DNA of 64,000 bases. Origin: Octopus vulgaris. Lineage: Eukaryota. The translations under genes were made by a program, and so were the position numbers. Numbering within the stretch: position 1 is the stretch's first letter; every line of letters begins with the position of its first letter. Positions 37,625 to 50,889 of the stretch are shown here, piece by piece. The DNA lies in assembly GCA_951406725.2 (NCBI GenBank), contig OX597834.1:3782001-3846000 (forward strand), in the 5' to 3' direction. A model generated the notes under the pieces. It made no database searches and was not told the DNA's origin. It worked only from the letters and a program-made list of their open reading frames with translations.

Positions 37625-37797
37625 ACAGTTCTATATTCAAGAGATGAGGAATTATGTACATTATTTACATTATTTACATTTGACGGATATTTGTCCTCAT
37701 CTTGTTTGTTGTTAACACAACGTTTCGGCTGATATACCCTCCAGCCTTCATCGGGTGTCTTTCGAACCTGGGTTCTCATTCCTAAGGTATTTTTCAA
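37625..37797 (-). mobile_element. Hammerhead-bearing short repeat (family H2) next to (TTG)n/(TTA)n
   Basis: Minus strand 37759-37714: GACAC-CCGAUGA-A-GGCUG...CAGCC-GAAA-CGUU-GUGUU. The same family end (tacattatttacatttgacggata) recurs at 11651-11727. Confidence 0.75.
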
Positions 37798-37826
37798 TTT
37801 TGTTGTTGTTGTTGTTGTTGTTGTTA

Positions 37827-37913
<87 letters not shown>

Positions 37914-37917
<4 letters not shown>

Positions 37918-38122
37918 TAGTTTTATTTTTATAGCGTGCTTTCACTTCACTACCGAGCGCAGCTCTGTGTGCCTTGGGTATGTGCTGTGGTTTGCTGTGA
38001 TGTTCTTATGGTTACTGTATTGAATGTATTTTGCGTAGGATGTGTGCTGTGCCCAGTAGTGCAATTTTCTGTATGTTATATATATTTGTAAGTCCTGATG
38101 TTTTTGCTATGTATTTGTCTGT
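37914..38122 (-). mobile_element. 3' end of the Dong-like LINE abutting (TTA)n
   Basis: Reverse complement of 60165-60378. Confidence 0.9.
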
Positions 38123-38220
38123 ACTAAAATAATTGGAAAAATTGATGGCTTTTTTTTCGCTTATGAGGTTTTTCACGCTAACTACTTGATAAATTCTTAT
38201 GAAGATTTTATCCTATTTTT

Positions 38221-38293
<73 letters not shown>

Positions 38294-38628
38294 ATATATA
38301 AATATATGCATATATACATATATGTGCATATCCTTTAGGTCTCTCTACATGCGCTAGTTAAAAATCATCTAAAAATTTCTGGGGTCGATACATTCAACTA
38401 AAAATTCTAAAAACGAAAAAAAAAAAAACCGAAAAGTATAACCGTGGGGATTTTGTCCTGGGGGCTTTTGTCCGGAACGCTACTCGAATACACTGTACCG
38501 GTATAAAAAATATGATTTTACTAATTTCTCCGTGAAAAGAAAATGAGAGACTGACCTGGCTGTTTTCGATGCTTTGTCTGTCCATAGATATTTATGATGT
38601 GGCTACACATGACTTAACACTATAACTT

Positions 38629-38685
38629 TGTCTCGTATCAATGGCTCTGTCTCGTACCAATGGCTCTGTCTCGTATCAATGGCTA
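38629..38685. repeat. 19-bp tandem repeat x3
   Basis: tgtctcgtatcaatggctc repeated three times. Confidence 0.85.
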
Positions 38686-39263
38686 TCTCAGTTAGCTATT
38701 GATGGATTAAATCATGCATTTAGCTTAATGGAAAAAAAAAAGCGACCTCTAATCAAACAGTAAAACTCTCTCAACTCTTCTGCAATGTGTAACCGAGAAC
38801 ACCGGACATTTATTTCATGATTTATTTCTAATTTCATCATGGGCAGGAAAAATGAGATTTCCCCGACCATTTCTCTCTCTCTCTGGATATCTCTATAGAG
38901 GTTATGCACATGCTTTTGTCAACATGGCTTATCTCTATTACATAATTGCTGCAGTTAAGAGCTTTACAAAATCAGCAGCTCACCTTTGTACAAACGCTTA
39001 TTTGTTTGTTGTTTGGTCAATTGATCATCGACAGCTAATGTATTTTTCATAATGGAAATTCCATCGGGAATCGCCTATCAAACAGTATAAAGTGTTTAGC
39101 AGTTGCTGTAATATGTGTAATGAAATACAATGGACAAGTTTAAACAACTACCTCTTTTCACTAATCTCCATGGATAGAAAAGAGATTGTCTCTTAATTTT
39201 GACCAATGAAGGCAAAGGGCCACACTTTGGTCTTTAACTTTCTCTGATATATATATATATCAG

Positions 39264-39636
<373 letters not shown>

Positions 39637-39947
39637 CATACATACACACACAAAAAAGTACAACTCTAGTTGCTAATCGTGAACTAAAAATTGACTCTTT
39701 TCAGCTTATCGTTCTTCGATACGGAAAAAAATTCACAACCTTCTGCGCCAATAAACCATTATCGTTCCTGAATGTTGTTCTTTATATCTTCTACGGATTG
39801 CTTGAAGCTCACTAACTTACTACACCTTAATCCTTGGATCTTACCTTTACACACACACACACGTATGTATATATAAATGTATATGTATATACACATGAGT
39901 GTGTATTTATTTATATATAAATATATAAGCATACGTACATATATATA

Positions 39948-40154
39948 GTTAATCCAAACATGAAAACACAAAGAGAAAACACAACAACGCGCGGACGTGG
40001 AACAAATATAGTATTATTGGACACTCAGGAAGGAAGGGAAGAAGGAGGGTTTAACGTTTCGAGTGGAGTTCTTCGTCGGAAACATAGGAGAAGGAAAGAT
40101 CCAAGGAAGGGAAGACAGAGGAAAAAAAATCGCCAACGATACACACGCGGTCAC
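39948..40154 (-). mobile_element. Family H1 copy
   Basis: Reverse complement of 12146-12353; hammerhead fold at 40049-40083 with a decayed helix II. Confidence 0.8.
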
Positions 40155-40179
40155 ACATACACACACGGACACATACACA

Positions 40180-40224
<45 letters not shown>

Positions 40225-40600
40225 TACGTAGATGTACGTGCATGGCAAGCGTTTTCATCCGAGACCGTGCGTTGAAGCTAAAATGATGGCTGTGCGGAAG
40301 ACATGTTTGTCATTCAGAAACATTCAAAGATTGTTAACTTCACTTGAATATTTTTTGCTTGTAAAATGGTGCCAACATTATCGTCGCTCGAAACTGCCAC
40401 CTGGTCACTGACAGCGTTGTTCCGTGTTATGAAGCCCAGTTACAACTACAGCCGGCTATTAACAGTAAAGGTTTTAGTTGCCAATTCTGTACAAGACATT
40501 GTAGATCTTTAGCTGGGCTAAAAAGTCACATTTGATCACAGCACCACTAACAGTTAAGCTTTGTGCAATGGCCATACTCGATAACGAGGGGGCAGCCATA

Positions 40601-41027
40601 ATGTATGTATGTATGTATGTATGAATGTATGTATGTATGTATGCATGCATGTATGTATGTATGTATGTATGTATGTATGTATGTATGTATGTATGTATGT
40701 ATGTATGCATGTATGTATGTATGCATGTATGTATGTATGTATGTATGTATGTGTGTATGTATGTATGTGTGTGTGTGTATGTATGTATGTATGTATGTTT
40801 GTACGTATGTGTGTATGTATGTATGTATGTATGTATGTATGTATGTGTGTATGTATGTGTGTATGTATGTATGTATGTATGTGTGTATGTATGTATGTAT
40901 GTATGTATGTGTGTGTGTGTATGTATGTATGTATGTATGTATGTATGTATGTATGTATGTGTGTATGTATGTATGTATGTATGTATGTATGTATGTATGT
41001 ATGTGTGTGTGTATGTATGTATGTGTG

Positions 41028-41061
<34 letters not shown>

Positions 41062-42018
41062 TGTGTGTATGTATGTATGTATGTATGTATTATGTATGTA
41101 TGTATGTGTGTATGTATGTATGTATGTGTGTATGTATGTATGTATGTATGTGTGTATGTGTGTATGTATGTATGTGTGTGTATGTATGTATGTATGTATG
41201 TATGTATGTATGTATGTGTGTATGTATATATGTATGTACGTATGTATGTATGTATGTATGTATGTATGTATGTATTATGTATGTATGTATGTATGTATGT
41301 GTGTATGTATGTATGTATGTATGTGTGTATGTATGTATGTATGTATGTGTGTACGTATGTATGTATGTATTATGTATGTGTGTATGTATGTATTATGTAT
41401 GTATGTATGTATGTATTATGTATGTGTGTGTGTATGTATATATGTATGTGTGTATGTATGTATGTGTGTATGTATGTATGTATGTATGTATGTATGTATG
41501 TATGTATGTATGTATGTATTATGTATGTATGTATGTATGTATGTATGTGTGTATGTATGTATGTATGTGTGTATGTATGTATGTATGTATGTGTGTATGT
41601 ATGTATTATGTATGTATGTATGTGTGTATGTATGTATGTATTATGTATGTATGTATGTATGCATGTGTGTATGTATGTATGTATGTATGTATGTATGTGT
41701 CTATGTATGTACGTATGTATGTATGTGTGTATGTATGTATTATGTATGTGTGTATGTATGTATGTATGTATGTATGTATGTATGTATGTATGTATGTGTG
41801 TATGTATGAATGTATGTATGTATGTGTGTATGTATGTATTATGTATGTGTGTATGTATGTATGTATTATGTATGTATGTATGTGTGTATGTATGTATGTA
41901 TGTATGTATGTATGTATGTATGTGTGTGTGTGTATGTATGTATGTATGTATGTATGTATGTATGTATGTATGTATGTATGTATGCATGTATGTATGTATG
42001 TATGTATGTATGTATGTA
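40601..42018. repeat. 1.4-kb degenerate (TATG)n satellite
   Basis: Seen directly; source of the 394-500 aa MYVC ORFs. Confidence 0.95.
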
Positions 42019-42584
42019 TCCATGCAAACAAGTCACAAATCAAATAAGCAGTTTGGTTTGTGGCTCGTTTGCATGGATATACCAGCTGGTTTACCCCACA
42101 GTTTAATCTGAACGTATTGACCAGGAAAAAAAATCTTTCTAACTTTAACTACCGACCAACATTTTATGCCGCAAATTCTTTAACAGAAACAAAAGAAAGT
42201 TAGTTTCAGTTGCATAAGAAACAAAAGACACACTGTCCAATCGACAGCTATAGAAATCCACATGCCATAGTCAAAACCAGATGTCACCAGTACTTTAAAA
42301 TAAAGGTCTTTGTACGCTACGAAACAGGTCATAAACATATTATGCGACCTCAGATATAAAATCGCAACTAGGCGGAAAGACAGCTTAGGAAAACAGAATG
42401 AAATTACACAATAAACAGAGAAAGAATACCTGCTGAGAAACAGTTCACAGGTAAACAATTTCAGAAAACTATTGTGAGAATGTGAAAGACGATAGACAAA
42501 AGTATAACCTATCAAAGGGGAAAATAGAACAATCAACGGAAGACATCGTTAATGCTTTTGGATACAAAATCACAATCTGAAAAT

Positions 42585-42651
42585 TTTAGAGAGAAGTATA
42601 TTTAGGGAGAGAAGTATATTTAGAGACAGAAGTATATTTAGAGAGAAGTAT
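42585..42651. repeat. 17-19-bp tandem repeat x4 (tttagagagaagtatat)
   Basis: Seen directly. Confidence 0.8.
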
Positions 42652-43622
42652 ATATACTTGAAGAGGACAGGATAAAGAATGACATAATCAACAGGTAGAA
42701 TAATGAATCTAGAACAACCTATGTATGAATGAATCTAATGAATCTAGAACACCCTATGTATACACCGAAAGAGTCTTAAACAAATCCAGTCGCACACAAA
42801 GATTTATGAAACAGACATGTCATCTTTAGCACGAGTAAAACGTGAAAATGTCTTAATGGTAAAAGGATAAATAAACAAACAATACTAAATTAAAGTTCGA
42901 TACAGCTTAGTAAAATGGATACGATCACATAATAAAAAAGGAAAGTCAAAATGTTCACTATATTAGCCAGTGGGTAACGGTATTCATAAACATGTTATAC
43001 ATAAACAATAAACAACAAGGGAGCCACCCAAGAGAAACGGAAGAACCACCATATTAGCCAATAAATAACAATAACCATAAAAAAACACACTAATGAAACG
43101 CTATAAGAAACCAACGAATAAAAACGATAGCCACGGGGGAAAAAACCCCAAACTGTTCCAATGCATTCAGAATCAGCCCAACTATCGAAAGGAAATAGTT
43201 CTTGCTTGAAGATCACTGTACAGCAGAATTTAAAATGCAAAAAACATAAGTCATCTTAATTGAGACGTACGATGAATGAAGCGTCTACTTCTTTCACTAA
43301 CAAAATTTGACCATGAATACACATATACATGTACACATACACACATACATATGCGCATACGAACATACATACATACATAGACAGACAGATTCTTCAAGGT
43401 GGTGCTCCAGCATGGCCGCAGTCTAATGACTGAAACAAATAAAAGGTGAAAAACAACGAAAAAATAATCGAAAAATATAACCGTGAGGGTTTCGTCCACT
43501 TTCACACTTTAACTATGGGGCTTTTGTAGATATCACAGCGACATCCCCAAATACTTGTACCGCTTAATAGGGTTGGCTCTTTTGATATACTTTCATTCTT
43601 TTAAAATTAATTGCTTCGGGCA

Positions 43623-43663
<41 letters not shown>

Positions 43664-43677
43664 GTGTGTGTGTGTGT

Positions 43678-44028
<351 letters not shown>

Positions 44029-44076
44029 TGAATTGAAGAAATGGAGCTGAACGCAGATTGAACAGAAATCGTTTTA

Positions 44077-44165
44077 TTTCATTCTACACGTGTTTCGAAA
44101 GGCACAAATTACCAAAATCCGATGGAATAATGGGACCATATTGTGTCTTTCTCTTCAGGAAGAAA
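44077..44165 (-). ncRNA. Type-I hammerhead ribozyme (inverted copy of 44626-44714)
   Basis: Reverse complement of the plus-strand motif. Confidence 0.8.
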
Positions 44166-44625
44166 ATAGGAAATCCGTTGGAAAAACAAAAACAGAACAG
44201 AGGCGGAGCAAAAACAAATCGAACTATGCTCCTAAGAGCCCATGGCGAAACTGTTTATCAGTGTATGTTGAGAACCGGTGGCTGAAGAATTCAACGGGTC
44301 AGGCATCGGTCAATCATGTGGGTGAGGGGGCGTAGATGTTCTCGGTCACAAAGAACACACACACACACGTCTCTAAGTAGATTTTTTCTCGCCCCTTATA
44401 AAACATCCAATATTCCTTAAATAGTTAGAACTTTATTCTCGGTCACAAAGAACATCTACGCCCCCTCACCCACATGATTGACCGATGCCTGACCCGTTGA
44501 ATTCTTCAGCCACCGGTTCTCAACATACACTGATAAACAGTTTCGCCATGGGCTCTTAGGAGCATAGTTCGATTTGTTTTTGCTCCGCCTCTGTTCTGTT
44601 TTTGTTTTTCCAACGGATTTCCTAT

Positions 44626-44714
44626 TTTCTTCCTGAAGAGAAAGACACAATATGGTCCCATTATTCCATCGGATTTTGGTAATTTGTGCCTTTCGAAACA
44701 CGTGTAGAATGAAA
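44626..44714 (+). ncRNA. Type-I hammerhead ribozyme with extended helix II
   Basis: UUC-CUGAAGA-GAAAGACACAA(33 nt)UUGUGCCUUUC-GAAA-CACGUG-UA-GAA; predicted cleavage after 44706. Confidence 0.8.
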
Positions 44715-44924
44715 TAAAACGATTTCTGTTCAATCTGCGTTCAGCTCCATTTCTTCAATTCACCAATAATGTTCTAATTTCAATTATCCGCACCAACGCA
44801 CGGTTGCAACACCATATGGTTGTACCTCCAACCGTGCTGTTTTACTGCTGTGATTTTTGCTACTAAGGTATCGGTTAAACTTTTGATTAATCTACTACAA
44901 GATTATTCATCTTTCTATTTCACA

Positions 44925-45530
<606 letters not shown>

Positions 45531-45879
45531 TTATATATATATATATATATGCATATATGGGTATAAGACGTCACCAACAGTAAACAACATGAAATACGAA
45601 AACAAATGAATTCAATACGCAAACACCGGTCTGTACGGTGTTGAAACATTCTTAAAGCACATATTGGCATCTATCATAATGCCCATTTTCCTTCAACAAA
45701 AGTTGTGAAAAGGTATTTAAATATTGCATAACATAATTTTAAGGATTTATTTCGAATATCTAAATACAGAGAGTAATATAGATAATATTAGAGAAATGTA
45801 TTTTATGAATATTATAAAACATTTACAGAACTTCAGTATATACAATCTTTTAACTTCTTTCTTTGGAGCGTATATGAAG

Positions 45880-46445
45880 TGTTTCTGTGAGCTTCCTACC
45901 CTGAAACAACCTACATACAATTGACCGTGCGAGAAACAGCCCCCTTCTAAATGGGACCGACAATCTGCAATACTTGACCTTGGGAATTGTTAATAGTCAT
46001 TGCGTAACTGGCCCTCAGTGAGAATTGCAATCGTTTGAAACGAAAGGGGACATCTGTTGGTATTAGCGGTATTCTAAGTATAAATACGATGTCTCCCTTA
46101 CCACATCCAGTGAGGATTTTTATTTCGAATATGTGAGGCTGTAGTTCAGTCACAAGCATACTTGTATCATTGCACAATCTTGGCTGATCCAGGTTTCTGA
46201 GAAGCATGATGACTGCGCCCTTCTTCAATTCAAGGTTGTGTGGCGGCATACCGGATGGTTCCAGATTGTTGAGGAATTCAGCAGGATAATGAACAGCATC
46301 GTCCTCGTCGACAACTTTACCGATAAATTTATAGATGTCGTTACCTCCATACCTCCATAAGAGATTTTTGTTGATGGCATTTACTGTAATGTTTTGGGAG
46401 ACTAGGATGGCTCGTTCACACAGCCACTCCTCGTTGAGATGGTGA
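45880..46445 (-). pseudogene. Helitron PIF1-family helicase fragment
   Basis: YPAEFLNNL..SGMPPHNLELKKGAVIMLLRNL...RIPLIP...FKRLQF...YAMTINNSQGQ...FSHGQLYV. Confidence 0.85.
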
Positions 46446-46454
46446 GGCTCGCTA

Positions 46455-46524
<70 letters not shown>

Positions 46525-46543
46525 TTATTTATTATATAGAAGG

Positions 46544-46594
46544 AGCTTCTACAGGACTAGTACTGTTTCATTCAAGAGAAATCTTCAGGAAGCT
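46544..46594 (-). ncRNA. Type-I hammerhead ribozyme (family H5)
   Basis: AGCUUC-CUGAAGA-UUUC(UCUU)GAAU-GAAA-CAGUACUAGUCCUG-UA-GAAGCU; 6-bp helix I and near-palindromic helix III. Confidence 0.8.
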
Positions 46595-46895
46595 ATTTAA
46601 CAAGAATTGTATTAGCATTTATACATTTAGGCAGGTTTAAAGGAGTGGTGGTGGGGGACTTTTTGGGGGTAGGCATAGCGCAAAATATCATACTTGGGGG
46701 AGTGGTCAAGGAGTCAGTGGTAAGTTAGATGAAAGAATAGATAAATAAAAAAATAAAAAAATAAAAAAAAAAAAAAATAAAAAAATAAAAAATATATAAA
46801 AAAATATATATATAAAAATATATATATAAAAAAAGGGGGGATAGAGTTATAGGTAAATAAGGAGATTCTCACTTATACCTATACACACATGTATA

Positions 46896-46995
46896 NNNNN
46901 NNNNNNNNNNNNNNNNNNNNNNNNNNNNNNNNNNNNNNNNNNNNNNNNNNNNNNNNNNNNNNNNNNNNNNNNNNNNNNNNNNNNNNNNNNNNNNN
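46896..46995. other. Assembly gap (100 N)
   Basis: Seen directly. Confidence 1.
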
Positions 46996-47879
46996 CCCAC
47001 ATATGTATATATATATATATACATGTAAGTATTTATATATACGTATGTATATATGCATCATATATATATATATATATATACATATTATTTATATTATTAT
47101 AAGATTGAACACCACGCATCTTTTTCCAACAAAGTTTTATCTATCTATCTATATACATACATATATATATGTGTGTGTGTATAACCAGATTTTAGTGTTG
47201 CATCGAGCTGTACCGATATAATATAGGATAAATACAGTACCAATAGCAATAATGCGTGGATGGAATTTATAAGCATTTAATACATCGCTACGCACGTTTC
47301 CACAAATCACTTGCCTCCTAAGACCGCCGTCCGTATTCCTGACACGATTACAGTGTAGTTCATGATATTCGTGGACCTCGGGTAAATCACGTCCATGGAT
47401 TCATTTCTTCAGGTGATATAACATTAATAGATGTTTAACAAAGGGCTGTTTATCCCTTTTAACCAGTACGAAGGTTCATTAATTTATGTGGCTATTTAGG
47501 TGTGTATTTGTGTGTGTGGAGGAGGGACGAAGTGCTGGAAAGAGAGGGAGGAACGGCAGTTATATGGGGATGGCGGTGTGTCTGGTGATGTTGGGCTTAT
47601 TTTGCTATTCCGTCTGTACATTCCTTTATTCGATCTCATTTATGGCATCACTATCTTCAATGAAGTCTGAAGTAAACAGGTCAGTCGTTACAGCCACTAC
47701 AGCCATCAGCTGTTGGAGTTCGTTGCCCGAATTGATAAATAATTTTTTCTTAGAGTGACCTTTTATTTGTTTCTGCTATTACAGTTGTATATTGTTTAAC
47801 ATCCTAAACATTGGTTTGTTCTTTCCTTGTTCTCTAATATACTAAGGGTGGTTGATGTTATTTCGTTCCAAAATGCATT

Positions 47880-48030
47880 TTTCTTTCAAATTCAGAAACA
47901 ATGTTTTGCGTCTATGTTTATATGATGTGATCACCTCGGAGTGTCTATTTGTGTATTTATCACGATTTTTTCTGAGTGCAATGATTTCCTGAGTTTCTTC
48001 AAGGCATAAATTGCATCGGGACATCACGAG
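47880..48030 (-). mobile_element. Penelope-like element C-terminal remnant
   Basis: RCNLCLEE...NRHSEVITSYKHRRK resembles the CxLCxxE...N.RSE...C.H tail of PLE GIY-YIG domains. Confidence 0.55.
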
Positions 48031-49199
48031 TGTGCAACTGTTACATGTGTATAAATATATAAATATACATATATATATATATAAATATATGTGATGATAC
48101 AGGTGACATTCCCATCACTTAATGAAATTTAAGTAAATCAGAAAAAGAATAAAGTTTAGTATTGGGTATTTTTCAGATGAATGCTATAAACAGGAACATG
48201 TTAACTATGTTAGCATCATCTGCTTTTTATCACAAAAGGCATCCATTTTGAAATATTTCAAAATTTTTATTTTTTCCATATTTAAAATTCATATTATTAG
48301 TTATATATTTTCTTAAAAGTGTGTAGCCTTTGATAAAACTTTCCTAATGACTTCTGCCTAAAATTGATTAATCATAGTTATCAATTGATACATATTTTCT
48401 CTTGCTCTAAGTCATTCTCTGTCTTCTTATAGAATACGCATCGTGGTCTTCTTTGTCTTCTTTACTGTGATGGTAATTTACAGAACGGAATCAGTATTTC
48501 AGACATGTGTGAACAAGTTCACGTACAGATAATTACATATAATAGCACTCACAATGCAATAAGAAACCGCACTCTATTGAAGGAATCTAAAACTATTACA
48601 GGATGATGGAACATACAAAATATGAGAGTAAAAGCTGTATCATATTATTCTATTAAATGATATAAAATAACACTAATACTACTAAACTTACCGGGTTTTC
48701 TGTAACAATTTACTTTTGTTCTACAGTAATACGATCCCCTTGTATATGCGACGCAATCTCCTTTGGTTATATCACATTGGGCTTTAATATAAAGAAAAAT
48801 AAAATTTTTATTTTTAAGAAACCATCAAGTGAGATACCTTAGAAATCTAGTAGAATATGAAAATATCATATTCATGTCTTTCTCGGCAATAAAAATGACA
48901 TAAATCAAAACATTTGTTAGTGAAAATAAAAATGAAGGGAAAGCTTTTCAGCGAAAATACAGACCGAAACTTTATTGCCGGGATCGTAATAATGTTATGA
49001 TATTATAATCATATAAACTATATAAAATCATGAGGTCTGTGTAATAAAATACAGTAGATAGTGATTGGCTTGAGGTTTAGAGCTGGAGTAAAGAGTAATA
49101 CATGTAGGAGAGGGATTTTTATAGCAATGAGCTTAGAGCAGTTCTAGCAGGCTTAGTTTATTATTGAGCATTAGGTAGATAATGGAATTTTTGCATTCG

Positions 49200-49950
49200 A
49201 TAGAGAATAGAGAACGTTTATGTTAAATGCAAAGTAAAATGTGTTCATACTAGTGTATAATTAAAATGATAATTTCGAAAAATTAATAAAAATAGTATCA
49301 TATAATGGAAATGTTTCGTTTAATAGTAAAGTACTTAGGCAGCATAGAGGCATTACCATGGGAGTAATTATTGACCTTGTTTTAGCCGACTTGTACTTGC
49401 TTAGAGATTTAGAAAAAGAAAACATTAAGTCTAGTTAGGCAGCTTAGTGCCTGTCGTAGATATAAAGATGATATTTTCGTTCCAAATTATAATTTCTGAA
49501 ATGTGTCAAGGCCGACAGGAAGCGTTGCTGCTTTCTAGGGCTAAATAGCAGTGGTGTGATTCCCTTCATGGGACTGTCACATTAAGTTGACAGTATACAA
49601 CTACTCCATCGTACCACTACTGCTTATATCTCTCTGAGATATTTAGAAATGTAATATTTCTATGAATGATTATTATTTTACAGTTTACCATTGGGAGTTT
49701 GAGACTAGCATAATTAGTAAGAATGTTAATGAGATTAATTATGTGGATTATTCGGTTGAGATATGCTACAGATCTATATTTACTTATGTATACAATAAGA
49801 TTAGCAAGTTCAAGTGTCAAGCCGCAACGATTCATTACACTAACAGTTCAACGCCAAATAGACGGACATGGAGTGTTTGCAGCGCAAATAACAAGACATC
49901 AAAAAATATTTCAAAGCTTGGTTTTATTTAGTAGTTATGTCTCTGTCTGA
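49200..49950 (+). mobile_element. Very old Penelope RT remnant
   Basis: FNSKVLRQHRGITMG...LADLYL...RRYKDDIF in broken frames. Confidence 0.55.
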
Positions 49951-50103
49951 TGCTAATATCTGGTAGTTCGTTTCCATGTTGCTTGTTATTGCTTTCTATT
50001 GTTGAAATTTGTGATGACTATGCAGCTTCTTAGGTAATATCTCATTCTATGTCCAGATAATTTGTGGAGTTAGTTATAAGGTTAGTTATCATTGTATATA
50101 CGT

Positions 50104-50880
50104 TACGAGGAGCGTTCATTTACGGATTTCCTTGACCCCCTTCCCGTTACTGCAGGAAACGGAACTTATACATGTATAATCATTCGTCTCTACATGTAAC
50201 ATTATAAATTGCACCGTTCCACTAGCATTCGTTTATCCTTTACGGCTGCTGAAGTGGACCAAGGTGTTATAGTGGAGGCAGTTTTCAGTGACGAGGTTCT
50301 TATATTGGAAAGGTCTTACACCAAAAGAGACTTTCAATGAAATTAAAGAAGTTTATGGTGACGATTCACCATCATACGACGTTGTCAAGCTCTAGCCTCA
50401 CCAGTTCCAATGTGGAAACTTCTCCTGTTCCTGAACGACCGCATTCCGCCATTGATGACGACATCATAAAGTGGAAGCCGCTATTTTGGAGGATGGCCGC
50501 ACAAATATTCGGTAACTCGCTCAAGAAGTGAAGATAAGTATAGGGTCCGCGGACAAAACCATTCACAACAATTTGCACATGCAGAAGTTGTCTGCTCTAT
50601 GGAGTCCCCGGATGCTCACACCTTTTCAGAAGCAGGAACGAGTCAAGTGCTCCCAGACAATTTTGGCAATGTGCCAAGAAAACGAGTAGGCTTTTTTCAA
50701 CAGACTTATCACACAGGATGAAACATGGGTCCATCACAGTGATCCTGATACTAAAGTCCATTCGAAGCAATGGAAGCATGATAACTCACCCCCTCCAAAG
50801 AAGGCGCGTGCCCAACCCTCAGCAAGCAAGAAAATGCTCAGAGTTTTGGGGACCAGCGCAGAATAGTGATGATGCATTTT
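50104..50880 (+). pseudogene. Decayed mariner element (irritans-like)
   Basis: Starts tacgagg; GVPRMLT (WVPR-like) and ITQDETWVHH motifs; truncated by the following LINE. Confidence 0.7.
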
Positions 50881-50889
50881 CTGGAAAAG

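Noticed and set aside
38629-38685. Short regular repeats (also 42585-42651) as a CRISPR-like array
   Set aside because: Head-to-tail tandem repeats with no spacers, in eukaryotic DNA.
40605-42111. 394-500 aa ORFs (MYVC repeats)
   Set aside because: Translation of the (TATG)n satellite; no coding signal.
45622-45650. 7-bp hairpin followed by GAAAC
   Set aside because: No CUGANGA-like box or helix I upstream.
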